This document shows, piece by piece, positions 7,103-15,446 of a stretch of DNA of 32,000 nt (its first letter is position 1; every line of letters begins with the position of its first letter). The stretch lies in NCBI RefSeq assembly GCF_000179635.2, contig NC_014833.1:1770001-1802000 (forward strand). Reading direction: 5' to 3'. The position numbers and the translations under genes were made by a program. This DNA is from Ruminococcus albus 7 = DSM 20455 (GTDB taxonomy: Bacteria; Bacillota; Clostridia; Oscillospirales; Ruminococcaceae). A model generated the notes under the pieces. That model worked only from the letters and a program-made list of their open reading frames with translations. It was not told the origin of the DNA and searched no databases.

Positions 7103-9223
7103 ATGAAAAACAATGGTTTACGTAGGTTTTTGGCAGGAATTTCAGCTGTTTGCCTGGCTTTAACAGCAACTCCTGTTATGAGCTTTGAAGCAGAAAATGC
7201 ATCATCGGGATTACCGGGAGATGCAAATTGCGATGGCACTGTGGATATTTCAGATGCAGTACTTATCATGAAAGCACTGAAAGATCCCGATAGGTTCGGC
7301 TTAGGCGGAACAAGTGCGCTGGCATTGACTAAGCAGGGCTGGATAAATGCAGACTGTGACGGCAAAGCAGACGGTGTTACTGCTGATGATGCACAGGCAC
7401 TGAAAATGTACCTCATGCATAATGGAGATCTCAGCACCGGAAAGACCGGGACTGCACAGCCATCTGTAACTGAGGACCTTATGATAACTTTGTCAGACTC
7501 AGGCATGACCACGAATGCAGTTAACGAAGCTAAGATAGAAAACAATATCTGCACTATTACTCAGCCCGGAGTTTTCACAGTTAAAGGTGAAATGACAGGC
7601 GGTCAGATAGTTGTTGATGTTGACAAGACAAAATATCCCGAAGGCGTAGTTGAACTGGAACTCAGTGGAATGAGCCTTACCAATACCAGCGATTCACCGA
7701 TCTATGTATCATCTATAGGAGATGAGGTCGTTATCAGCGTTAAAAAAGGAACTGATAATTACATTTCAGACGGAACAGACTATCAGAATGCTGACGGCGA
7801 TACAGGAGCAATATATTCCAAAGACGATTTAAAATTCAAGGGTAAGGGAAAGCTAACTGTAAATGGAAACTCATCTGACGGAATAGTTGGCAAGGATGAT
7901 ATCAAGATATATAACGGAACCCTTACAATAAACGCAGTTGACGATGGAATACGCGGCAAGGACAGCGTAACTATCGGAAATGCATCAGATGACGGCAATG
8001 AACAAGATTATTCAAATCTTGATGTTACTGTTAAAACTAAGTCGGGAGACGGCATTAAAGCAACTTCTGATGAAACTTCAGCATCGAAGCAGCTGGGTAT
8101 CGTCACCGTAAATGGCGGCACGATAAATATAGAATCATATGCAGACGGCATATCGGGCGAACAGTATGTCGTTATTAATGGAGGAAATCTGAACATCCGT
8201 ACTTATGAAGGAAGCAGCTTTACAGGTACATCAGCCGGCAGTCAGCAGGTCAGCACAGGCGGAAGACCCGGCGGCGGTTTCGGTATGGACGGAAATCCAA
8301 ATAAGACAGATATTTCTGCAAAGGGAATAAAGGCTGTAGGTCTTTTTGACGAAGCAGGTACTACATGGCAGAGTGCTGGCGATATTGTTGTAAACGGTGG
8401 TAAAATAACGATTGATTCTTCAGATGACTGCATTCACTGCGGCGGAAGTATGTACCTTTCAGGCGGAGAACTCATTCTTTCCTCTGCTGATGATGCCGCC
8501 CATGCAGATCACGATCTCACGATCGGTAACAAGAACGGAAGCTATGATGATATTGTTATATATGCCGAGAAATGTTATGAGGGTATAGAGGCTGAGAAAA
8601 TATATCAGAACAGTGGTTCGGTCATCGTGAACTCAACTGATGACGGCTACAACGCAGCAGGCGGAAACGATGCATCAGGCGTAAACACAGGTATGCCATG
8701 GGGACAGGGAAGAGGAAACTTCGGCAGCAGCAGTTCTGGAGATTATGTAATTCAGTTTAATGGGGGATTTGCTATAGTAAATGCCGCAAACGGTGACCAT
8801 GATGGCTATGATTCCAACGGTAATATCGAGATAAACGGCGGTTATATAATATCAAACGGAAATGAGCCGTTTGACTGCGGAGATCAAGGCAACTCTATAA
8901 TCGTAAATGGCGGAACATGGATATCGAATTGTCCTTCGGGAGGAATGAGCATGGGCGGCAGTAATATGACCGCTTCGGTCACAGCTTCTTCCAATATAAG
9001 CTCTAATACCAGACTTTCGCTTGTAGGCAACGATGGTAAGGTAATAGTATCATTTATAGTTGACAAGGCAGTAAGTCAGCTTAAAGCAGGTGGCAGTGAA
9101 ACCATTGGTGCATCATTCTTTACAGGCGGAACACTCAGTAACACCACATATTTCCAGCAGCTTGACCAGACACAGCCTGCTGCATACGGCGGTACGCTGA
9201 CAGGTGGTACAGCTATTAAATGA
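7103..9223 (+). CDS. dockerin-containing Cthe_2159-like beta-helix protein (secreted, cellulosome-associated)
   Basis: ORF-track entry 7043..9223 trimmed to ATG 7103 (AGGAG lies 10 nt upstream; ATGs at 7094 and 7097 are alternatives). Signal peptide MKNNGLRRFLAGISAVCLALTATPVMSFEA. Dockerin directly after it. Then repeats of the same type as gene 3509 (LTINAVDDGIRGKD, VTVNGGTINIESYADGISG, GGKITIDSSDDCIHCGG, SVIVNSTDDGYNAAGG). Confidence 0.82.
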   Translation: MKNNGLRRFLAGISAVCLALTATPVMSFEAENASSGLPGDANCDGTVDISDAVLIMKALKDPDRFGLGGTSALALTKQGWINADCDGKADGVTADDAQALKMYLMHNGDLSTGKTGTAQPSVTEDLMITLSDSGMTTNAVNEAKIENNICTITQPGVFTVKGEMTGGQIVVDVDKTKYPEGVVELELSGMSLTNTSDSPIYVSSIGDEVVISVKKGTDNYISDGTDYQNADGDTGAIYSKDDLKFKGKGKLTVNGNSSDGIVGKDDIKIYNGTLTINAVDDGIRGKDSVTIGNASDDGNEQDYSNLDVTVKTKSGDGIKATSDETSASKQLGIVTVNGGTINIESYADGISGEQYVVINGGNLNIRTYEGSSFTGTSAGSQQVSTGGRPGGGFGMDGNPNKTDISAKGIKAVGLFDEAGTTWQSAGDIVVNGGKITIDSSDDCIHCGGSMYLSGGELILSSADDAAHADHDLTIGNKNGSYDDIVIYAEKCYEGIEAEKIYQNSGSVIVNSTDDGYNAAGGNDASGVNTGMPWGQGRGNFGSSSSGDYVIQFNGGFAIVNAANGDHDGYDSNGNIEINGGYIISNGNEPFDCGDQGNSIIVNGGTWISNCPSGGMSMGGSNMTASVTASSNISSNTRLSLVGNDGKVIVSFIVDKAVSQLKAGGSETIGASFFTGGTLSNTTYFQQLDQTQPAAYGGTLTGGTAIK
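7217..7420 (+). other. N-terminal dockerin module
   Basis: GDANCDGTVDISDAVLIMKAL carries the first Ca-binding loop, DxNxDGxxDxxD. INADCDGKADGVTADDAQALKMYLMH is a second, atypical loop. Confidence 0.75.
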
Positions 9224-9275
9224 TTTGATCGTTTCCTGTAATTTATAAGTTTGGTTTTTATCTGATACATATAAT

Positions 9276-9322
9276 AAACCCCTTAGAGGTCACATCTTTT
9301 ATGTGACTGTTCTGAGGGGTTT
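9276..9322. terminator. bidirectional terminator between convergent genes
   Basis: Outer stem AAACCCCTTAGA / TCTGAGGGGTTT encloses an inner perfect 7-bp hairpin GTCACAT-CTTTT-ATGTGAC. The flanks are T-rich on both strands. Confidence 0.75.
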
Positions 9323-9356
9323 ATCTCATTTATTTTTTTGATTACCGAATGCTAGA

Positions 9357-10865
9357 TCATTCCTTTGTCAGGTTAAGGGTTTTTACGAGCATATCTTCAA
9401 AAGCTATAAATTTATCCTGGTAATCTTTCTTGACAGCTTCTTTGTCCGTATTTGAAAGGAAACTGTAGTCAATGCTGTTTTCCGTAAGCTTCTTGACGAA
9501 GGTATAGTCAAGGTCATATCGCTGTACAGCGAGTGTGAATTCTTCTGTCAGAGATGTACGCAGTATACCTGGATCATCTGTGCTGATTACCATCGGAACT
9601 TCATTATCCTTGTAGAGCATAAACGGATGTGTGTCATCTTTAACACCGAGTATAAACTCGTTGCTTGTAAGGTTGATCTCGACAGCGATATTCTTTTCTT
9701 TCAGCAGCTTGATGATATTGAAGCTGTTATGTTCAAATGCAATATCCACACCGTGACCGATCCTGTCTGCAAGGGAAATATAAGTAGTTGCGTTGCTTTG
9801 ATAGTTGACTGCAGCGCCTATATGATAGGTCAGATGCTCAGGGCGTATCAGTCCCATTGTAAGTTCACCTGCATGGAGAGCAGTATTCGGAGCTTTGGTA
9901 TACATAGTACGCATCAGATAAAACATAGCCATATGTGCTCTGTAGAAACGCATTGAGTTCTCAGAATTCTCTGCGGCAACAAAATTGCAGCCTACGAGTA
10001 TATCAGGGATTTTAGTCATTGCTTCATAAACGATATACAGCTGAGCCAGTACCATTACAGGATCACCTGTGCGTGATGCATAGCCCTGGAATCTGAACAC
10101 TACGTCATCTGCAGTGACCTGTGCGGTATCAAATCTGCTGGTAAGGAATTTGCTGCAGCCATCTGCATTACGTCCTGCATCTGCCAGTGCCACATTTCTT
10201 GCAACATAATTATCTATGCTGGTGTTCAGGCAACCTGTAGATTTAAAGATATCAACGACCCTTCTGGAAAGATCTTCTAACGCTACTTGCATATTCGGTG
10301 GATAATCATTATAACGATCGCAGAGATCTATGAATTTGCTGTTAAAGTCATTATAGTCCGCTTCACTTAGTCCTGCATAGTCAGGTGCTTTCGGAGAAAT
10401 ACCAATGATCTCAAGATACTGAACGTTCTCTTCCTTTGCTCTTAACATTGCCTCGTGAAGAAGATCAGGCAGATCATCATCTGACGCTGCAGCACCGAAC
10501 ATACCAAACTCGGAGAAGAAATACTCATCAGGACCCAGCGAGTACTTATAGGGCTGATAATTGCGGATGCTCCACTTGTCGATAAGTTTCATGCGTGATT
10601 CGTGCAGATCTTTAGGGTCAGGCGGAAGCTGTTTGACTTTGGAGATGTCACTAACTGTGCTCGGATCAGGCATTGAAGTGTATAATTTTCCTGTAGAATA
10701 GTCAACATATAATTTTTTCTTGCAGGCGATCTCGAAGTACAGTTCTGCATAAGCAGCACCGGTCAGATGGTTGTGAAGATCACCGCCCTTGGGCATTGCT
10801 GCTATAAACTGGCGTAGTTTTGCTTTGTTTGTTTTGATAGATTTGAAATATTCGTTGATTGTCAT
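9357..10865 (-). CDS. adenosine/AMP deaminase-family metallohydrolase (long, ADGF/ADA2-like form)
   Basis: 502 aa. Metal/catalytic motifs are in the canonical order: GGDLHNHLTGA (HxH), ALHAGE, IGHG, ISTDDPGI. No signal peptide. The RBS is weak. Confidence 0.78.
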   Translation of the reverse strand: MTINEYFKSIKTNKAKLRQFIAAMPKGGDLHNHLTGAAYAELYFEIACKKKLYVDYSTGKLYTSMPDPSTVSDISKVKQLPPDPKDLHESRMKLIDKWSIRNYQPYKYSLGPDEYFFSEFGMFGAAASDDDLPDLLHEAMLRAKEENVQYLEIIGISPKAPDYAGLSEADYNDFNSKFIDLCDRYNDYPPNMQVALEDLSRRVVDIFKSTGCLNTSIDNYVARNVALADAGRNADGCSKFLTSRFDTAQVTADDVVFRFQGYASRTGDPVMVLAQLYIVYEAMTKIPDILVGCNFVAAENSENSMRFYRAHMAMFYLMRTMYTKAPNTALHAGELTMGLIRPEHLTYHIGAAVNYQSNATTYISLADRIGHGVDIAFEHNSFNIIKLLKEKNIAVEINLTSNEFILGVKDDTHPFMLYKDNEVPMVISTDDPGILRTSLTEEFTLAVQRYDLDYTFVKKLTENSIDYSFLSNTDKEAVKKDYQDKFIAFEDMLVKTLNLTKE

Positions 10866-11306
10866 AGTTGTATCGAACCCGGATCAGTGTTTTGTTTAAA
10901 GTTATATTCCGTACTGATACGGGCTTTTGGCATTTACGGTATATAACTTATACTAATATTAAGAATGAATAAAAGACCTAATGCATTACTCAACAGAACT
11001 GCATTTGGTCAAAAATAATCAGAACTGTTCACCTCCCGGGAATTATGCGATAACATCAAATGATCTTTTTTACGTGTTTAAATATATCGCATTTATACTT
11101 TAAGTGTTTTTTCAATAATAGAATTGTAACACGTATTCCGGAAAATGTCAATATTTAATTATGAAAAACAACTACAATTTTAACATATAAACAAAATCTA
11201 ATTATATGTATTGTACAATTCGATAAATATTTCTGTTTTGCTGCTTTTCGAGCATCAAATACCGATGACACTGCAGAAACTGTGGCTTGTGAAAAAATGA
11301 TCTATC

Positions 11307-11335
11307 TTGATAATGATACGATCGTATGCTATAAT
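11307..11335 (+). promoter_or_regulatory. sigma-70 type promoter upstream of the first ECF sigma gene
   Basis: TTGATA at 11307-11312, 17-bp spacer, TATAAT at 11330-11335, TG at 11327-11328. Confidence 0.6.
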
Positions 11336-11480
11336 AAATACTGATGAAGCATTTTGCAGATACCATTCTTATTTATTTGAGATGGTCGCTGAAAATTTTT
11401 TTATAAAAATGCAATCAAACTGTTATGACATTCGTTTTATAAGTGAAAGCTTTCAAAATTATCCGCGGGGAGGTGAAAAG

Positions 11481-11963
11481 ATGACGATGAGCATAGAAGA
11501 AGTGGTTGATAATTATGCCGACCATATCTATCGTGCTGCTTACGCATATCTTTGTGATGCGCATGAAGCCGAAGACGTAGTCAGCGATGTGCTGATGAAG
11601 TATTTCTCCATGTGCGAAACACTTGATATCGAAACAGCGGAACATCTTAAAGCGTGGCTGCTTCGTACGGCTATAAACCGATGCAAGGACATTCGCAAGT
11701 CATTCCGCTGGAAGCACACTTCCACTCTGGAAGATGTACATAAAACAGAATTCGGGTGGACTGAAGCCGAACTTGATGTGAAACGGGCGGTAGATAAGCT
11801 TCCCGAAAAATACAGAGCCATCGTTTATCTTTACTATTATGAGGAGTACAAAACAGAGGAGATAGCACGTATACTCAGCCTGCCGAAAGGAACTGTGGTC
11901 TCGCGGCTGAAAAGGGCGCGGGACAGGCTGAAAGATGTGCTTTCGGATTACAGAGAGGAGTGA
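11481..11963 (+). CDS. RNA polymerase sigma factor, ECF (sigma-70 group 4) type
   Basis: ORF-track entry 11307..11963 trimmed to ATG 11481 (GGAGGTG lies 7 nt upstream). 160 aa. Region 2 (ADHIYRAAYAYLCDAHEAEDVVSDVLMKY...WLLRTAINRCKD) and region 4 HTH (YEEYKTEEIARILSLPKGTVVSRLKRARDRL). Confidence 0.88.
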   Translation: MTMSIEEVVDNYADHIYRAAYAYLCDAHEAEDVVSDVLMKYFSMCETLDIETAEHLKAWLLRTAINRCKDIRKSFRWKHTSTLEDVHKTEFGWTEAELDVKRAVDKLPEKYRAIVYLYYYEEYKTEEIARILSLPKGTVVSRLKRARDRLKDVLSDYREE

Positions 11964-11967
11964 GCTT

Positions 11968-13152
11968 ATGAGCGCGATAAAAGATATGTACGGCAAAGCA
12001 AAGCTTTCCGATGAGAAAAAAGCCGAACTGAAAAATGAGCTCGGTCAGCGATTTCCTCGATATGCGGACAGCATGGAAGATAAAACGGAGGTCATTGGAA
12101 TGAATGATAATAAAGTACATGAAAGCAACGGACATATAAAGGTACACAGCAAGCTGAGAACAGGTGCAGTAATTGCAGCGGCAGCTGTTGTGGCTGTGAT
12201 AGGCGGAATGAAACTGGCGAGAGATCAGTACACCGAAAAAGCGTTGATCCAGCCCGCAGGTCAGGGAGAGGATAATTATACAACAGACAGAGAAGATTCT
12301 GTAAAAGAAGATTATTCACCTCAAGAGGGTTATATCGAAATAGCAGATAAGACAATTCTCAGAAATATAAAAATTATATATAACTCAGCGCTTGAAGCAT
12401 ATGCGGATCTTATCGATAGCACAGGTGATGAGTTTGTTCTTGGTGAAGAAAAGATCATAACCGCTGAAATGGTCAGACAGTCAAGCAAAAACAATATAGT
12501 TCATGAGGATGGCAAATGTTCTGCAATGGAATTTGCAGCAGCACTCAACAAGTCTTTAGCTGATTTAGATGGATTTAATGCAGAACAGTATGATTTTGCT
12601 GTTGACTTCATGTTCAATGAGAGTGGTACTAAAACAGTAAGTGTAAACTATGTATACATATTTCTTGATGATGAACACAAATACTTTAACACTTATCCGT
12701 CGTATGGATCGAATGGCGGTGTAAGGGAAAATGGTATCACCAAAAGATTAAGTTATGATAGTTCTTGCGCAAAGAAGGTGTATGAAGAATTAGAGGCAGC
12801 TATCATAAAATATAACGAAAGCGGTAAGCCCTTAAATATAGATAGTATTCAAGCAGATACTTCAAAAGAATACCTATATTTGATCTGTGATTACGAGCGT
12901 GAGGGCTTAGAAGTAAATGATAAAATGAAATTTGCGCGTGAACTTATGAAGGATGGCAGCATAACTAGACAGTTTATTGAAGACGGCAATAATTTCGATG
13001 CGGATTTCAAACGTGACGAAAACGGTAATATCATTGGAGTCGAAAGGGTATATGTTGAGATATTCGATGATGAAAGTGCTGAATATGATGAAAACGGCAA
13101 CCGAAAGTGTGAACGCTTTGATTATCCCGATGAGAATAAAACTGAAAAATGA
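11968..13152 (+). CDS. single-pass membrane protein, putative anti-sigma factor with an extracellular domain of about 300 aa
   Basis: ORF-track entry 11935..13152 trimmed to ATG 11968 (GAGGAG lies 7 nt upstream), 4 nt after the sigma stop. One TM segment (TGAVIAAAAVVAVIGGM). No recognisable zinc anti-sigma motif. The call rests on position and topology. Confidence 0.7.
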   Translation: MSAIKDMYGKAKLSDEKKAELKNELGQRFPRYADSMEDKTEVIGMNDNKVHESNGHIKVHSKLRTGAVIAAAAVVAVIGGMKLARDQYTEKALIQPAGQGEDNYTTDREDSVKEDYSPQEGYIEIADKTILRNIKIIYNSALEAYADLIDSTGDEFVLGEEKIITAEMVRQSSKNNIVHEDGKCSAMEFAAALNKSLADLDGFNAEQYDFAVDFMFNESGTKTVSVNYVYIFLDDEHKYFNTYPSYGSNGGVRENGITKRLSYDSSCAKKVYEELEAAIIKYNESGKPLNIDSIQADTSKEYLYLICDYEREGLEVNDKMKFARELMKDGSITRQFIEDGNNFDADFKRDENGNIIGVERVYVEIFDDESAEYDENGNRKCERFDYPDENKTEK

Positions 13153-13607
13153 CCGTGACCATTCCCGATGTTGCAGGCAAAAACAAAACCGAAGCTATAT
13201 CAGAGTTAGAATCGCTGGGATTCAAAATAGACGTGCATCCGATAGAATATGAAGACGTTCCTGAGGATACTGTATTAATAACTAAACCTGAAGCAGGCAA
13301 TGAAATTGAGTTTGGAAGTCAAGTGAAAATATATTTCAGTGGCACGGCTTCTAAAGAACAGCTTGTTTCAATTCCTGATGTAGTTGGCAAAGATAAAAAT
13401 GATGCTGTATCAGAGATACAATCTCAGGGATTTAATACTACTATATATTGGATGTACTCCGATACAGTTCCAGAGGGGACTGTTATATTCACCGAACCTA
13501 GCTCAGCCAGATCTGTCAGACCTAATGAACGAGTTATGTTGGTTGTCAGCAAAGGGCACTTTGATCCGGCTGAAAAGAAATCAACAAAAGATACATTAGA
13601 AAAATAA
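13149..13607 (+). CDS. protein made of two PASTA domains, without any export signal
   Basis: 152 aa with two PASTA repeats: IPDVAGKNKTEAISELESLGFKIDV...VPEDTVLITKPEAGNEIEFGSQVKIYFSG and IPDVVGKDKNDAVSEIQSQGFNTT...VPEGTVIFTEPSS...RVMLVVSKG. The ATG overlaps the upstream TGA (ATGA) at an A5 run. Confidence 0.75.
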   Translation: MTVTIPDVAGKNKTEAISELESLGFKIDVHPIEYEDVPEDTVLITKPEAGNEIEFGSQVKIYFSGTASKEQLVSIPDVVGKDKNDAVSEIQSQGFNTTIYWMYSDTVPEGTVIFTEPSSARSVRPNERVMLVVSKGHFDPAEKKSTKDTLEK

Positions 13608-13627
13608 GCTATCGACTTAATAATAAT

Positions 13628-13670
13628 ATCAGGAGCCGCGATCCAGCATCGCGGCTCCTGATCGTTTTTT
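13628..13670. terminator. strong bidirectional terminator
   Basis: Perfect 15-bp stem ATCAGGAGCCGCGAT / ATCGCGGCTCCTGAT, 5-nt loop, CGTTTTTT on the plus strand and a T-rich tract on the minus strand. It lies between convergent operons. Confidence 0.9.
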
Positions 13671-13786
13671 ATAACACACTAGCTATGGCTGAACGCAAAG
13701 CTACAAGTCTTACAGTTGATCTCCTTGACAGATTGTTGGAGGTGCTTTGTATTTTCCTGCTGTGGATAAGGGATATGTAAGAAACG

Positions 13787-14800
13787 TTATTCCAGCGTAA
13801 AAGTGATCTCCCAATCTCCGGAAGTATAATCCTGTGCAGTTACAAATTCACCTTGCAGAGTGCATTTGCACAGCTCATCATAAGAAACAGGTATGATCTG
13901 TTCCGTATAATTGTCCTTGTTAGTATCATCAGAATAATCAAATCCAAATTCTGTGGTTTCACCTATTTGGACACCATTGGTGTTGCAAAGCTTGATAAAG
14001 CCGTGACTGTCGGTATGCGAATTGTCTTCATATCGTGTCAGGATATGAAGCGCACCGTCAATGTATCCGATATTCATTACAGAGACATTTGGTGCGGGAG
14101 TGCAAAGCGTTTGTTCGGAAGGAATCAAAAAACGATACTCATGGGGATCGGGAAGCTCGTCATAGGAAAATCCGCCACTGATTTCATTTCGTGTCATGGT
14201 CTGTGGTTCATAAGGGATACTGCTCATATCAATAGCTTCAAGTGCCGTCTTCGTTTTAATTTTGCCCGTCATCATCTCATGAACGGAGAAAGTGACCTTA
14301 CCATTTGGCATAGCGCTGCCGTCCATCGTTTCCAAATGCACCACAAAATAGGCAGTATGGGAATCAGCATCATATTCCGAGAAGCTGCAATGACCTGTCA
14401 TATCATGGGGAACATTGATGTGATAGCTGTCATACAGATCCCAATCACCGTCAGGACAAGTACCTGTTGTATCGTGCATTGCAAGATATACGCTCGCTTC
14501 ACTTCCATTACGTTCAGCGGAGATGACCGTCATTTCAATTCCATTATCTTCACACGTTTTCTGTACCGGTTTGAATGTCTGTGCAACAGAAGGAGCAATA
14601 TGGTATAGGATATTGTACGCAGGATCGACACCAAATGCTGTCAGTGTCGGGAGCGGACAAGTTATCAATGCTGCAGCAGCTGCAACTGAAACTATCCTTT
14701 TTGTCCACTTTCGATGTGTGATCGTTCTTTTCGGTATATCAACATCAAGATAACGGTCTTCTATCATTCCGACCGCATTCATAAATGTATCAGCATTCAT
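13787..14800 (-). CDS. single-pass membrane protein, putative anti-sigma factor (second module)
   Basis: 337 aa. The ATG overlaps the sigma stop (ATGA at 14797-14800). Cytoplasmic N-terminus MNADTFMNAVGMIEDRYLD, TM segment IVSVAAAAALITCPLPTL, and a beta-rich extracellular domain of about 270 aa. Confidence 0.72.
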   Translation of the reverse strand: MNADTFMNAVGMIEDRYLDVDIPKRTITHRKWTKRIVSVAAAAALITCPLPTLTAFGVDPAYNILYHIAPSVAQTFKPVQKTCEDNGIEMTVISAERNGSEASVYLAMHDTTGTCPDGDWDLYDSYHINVPHDMTGHCSFSEYDADSHTAYFVVHLETMDGSAMPNGKVTFSVHEMMTGKIKTKTALEAIDMSSIPYEPQTMTRNEISGGFSYDELPDPHEYRFLIPSEQTLCTPAPNVSVMNIGYIDGALHILTRYEDNSHTDSHGFIKLCNTNGVQIGETTEFGFDYSDDTNKDNYTEQIIPVSYDELCKCTLQGEFVTAQDYTSGDWEITFTLE

Positions 14801-15354
14801 AGATAATTCTCCTTTTTTAGTTTGGCATAGAGTTTTTTTCGTGTCCTGAACAGCATGGATTTTACCTTGCTTTCAGAAAAACCGTGATTCTCAGCAATCT
14901 CGGAAATTGACTGCATATACCAATAACGACGGACAAATAAATTACGTTCTGTATCAGATATGTTTTCAAGAAAATGCTCAATTTCTTCCGCAAGGGCTTG
15001 CTCGGATACCTGTTGTTCAACATTCTGATCAGATCTCAGCCACTCAGCAACTTCATCATATATGACTCTGACTTCATCTGCACCGCGTTTTATAGCTTTG
15101 TCAGAACGAACACGTTTCAAGCTGATGTTTCGTGTCAGTTTGCCAAGAAATGTTTGCAGACATTCGGGTATGTGTGGTGGAATACTGTTCCATGCTGCAA
15201 GCCAGGTCTCGTTAATTGCTTCATCCGCATCTTCGGGGATATGCAGGATATGTTTTGCGATCGTCCGACAATATTTTGTGTATTTCCGTTCGGTATGTAC
15301 AACGGCATTTTCATTTCGCTGTAAATACATTTCAATGATCTGCTGATCTTCCAC
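14797..15354 (-). CDS. RNA polymerase sigma factor, sigma-70 family (ECF-like)
   Basis: 185 aa. GTG start with GAGGAG 7 nt upstream. Region 2 (EDADEAINETWLAAWNSIP...FLGKLTRNISLKR) and region 4 (RRYWYMQSISEIAENHGFSESKVKSMLFRTRKKL). Confidence 0.85.
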   Translation of the reverse strand: MEDQQIIEMYLQRNENAVVHTERKYTKYCRTIAKHILHIPEDADEAINETWLAAWNSIPPHIPECLQTFLGKLTRNISLKRVRSDKAIKRGADEVRVIYDEVAEWLRSDQNVEQQVSEQALAEEIEHFLENISDTERNLFVRRYWYMQSISEIAENHGFSESKVKSMLFRTRKKLYAKLKKENYL

Positions 15355-15446
15355 TATGTATCTCCTCTCATATTTTATCAGAAGCTTCTACTATAATACT
15401 ACCCAAACAGAGTGCATTGGTTGCATATATTTCAAAATCTTTTTAA

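Noticed and set aside
2361-9223. tRNA-Arg as the integration site of a genomic island covering the beta-helix/two-component cluster
   Set aside because: The window has no integrase, recombinase or transposase gene. I did not notice a direct repeat of the tRNA 3' end. GC content and codon style look like the rest of the window.
9357-10865. Deaminase as part of a RADAR-like anti-phage system
   Set aside because: There is no adjacent large ATPase partner. The gene is monocistronic between a terminator and a long non-coding region. The motifs are those of ordinary ADA-family enzymes.
10866-11306. Purine (adenine/guanine) riboswitch in front of the deaminase gene
   Set aside because: I looked for one because add-type deaminase genes can carry it. 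The local CCGTAAATG resembles one purine-riboswitch loop. The three-way junction with its conserved J1/2 UAUAAU and J2/3 UUUCUACC context and the second hairpin are not present.
13853-14753. Plus-strand ORFs 13853..14608 (251 aa) and 14523..14753
   Set aside because: They are antisense to the anti-sigma-like gene, which is translationally coupled to its sigma factor. They have no RBS and a Cys/His/Ile-rich nonsense composition.
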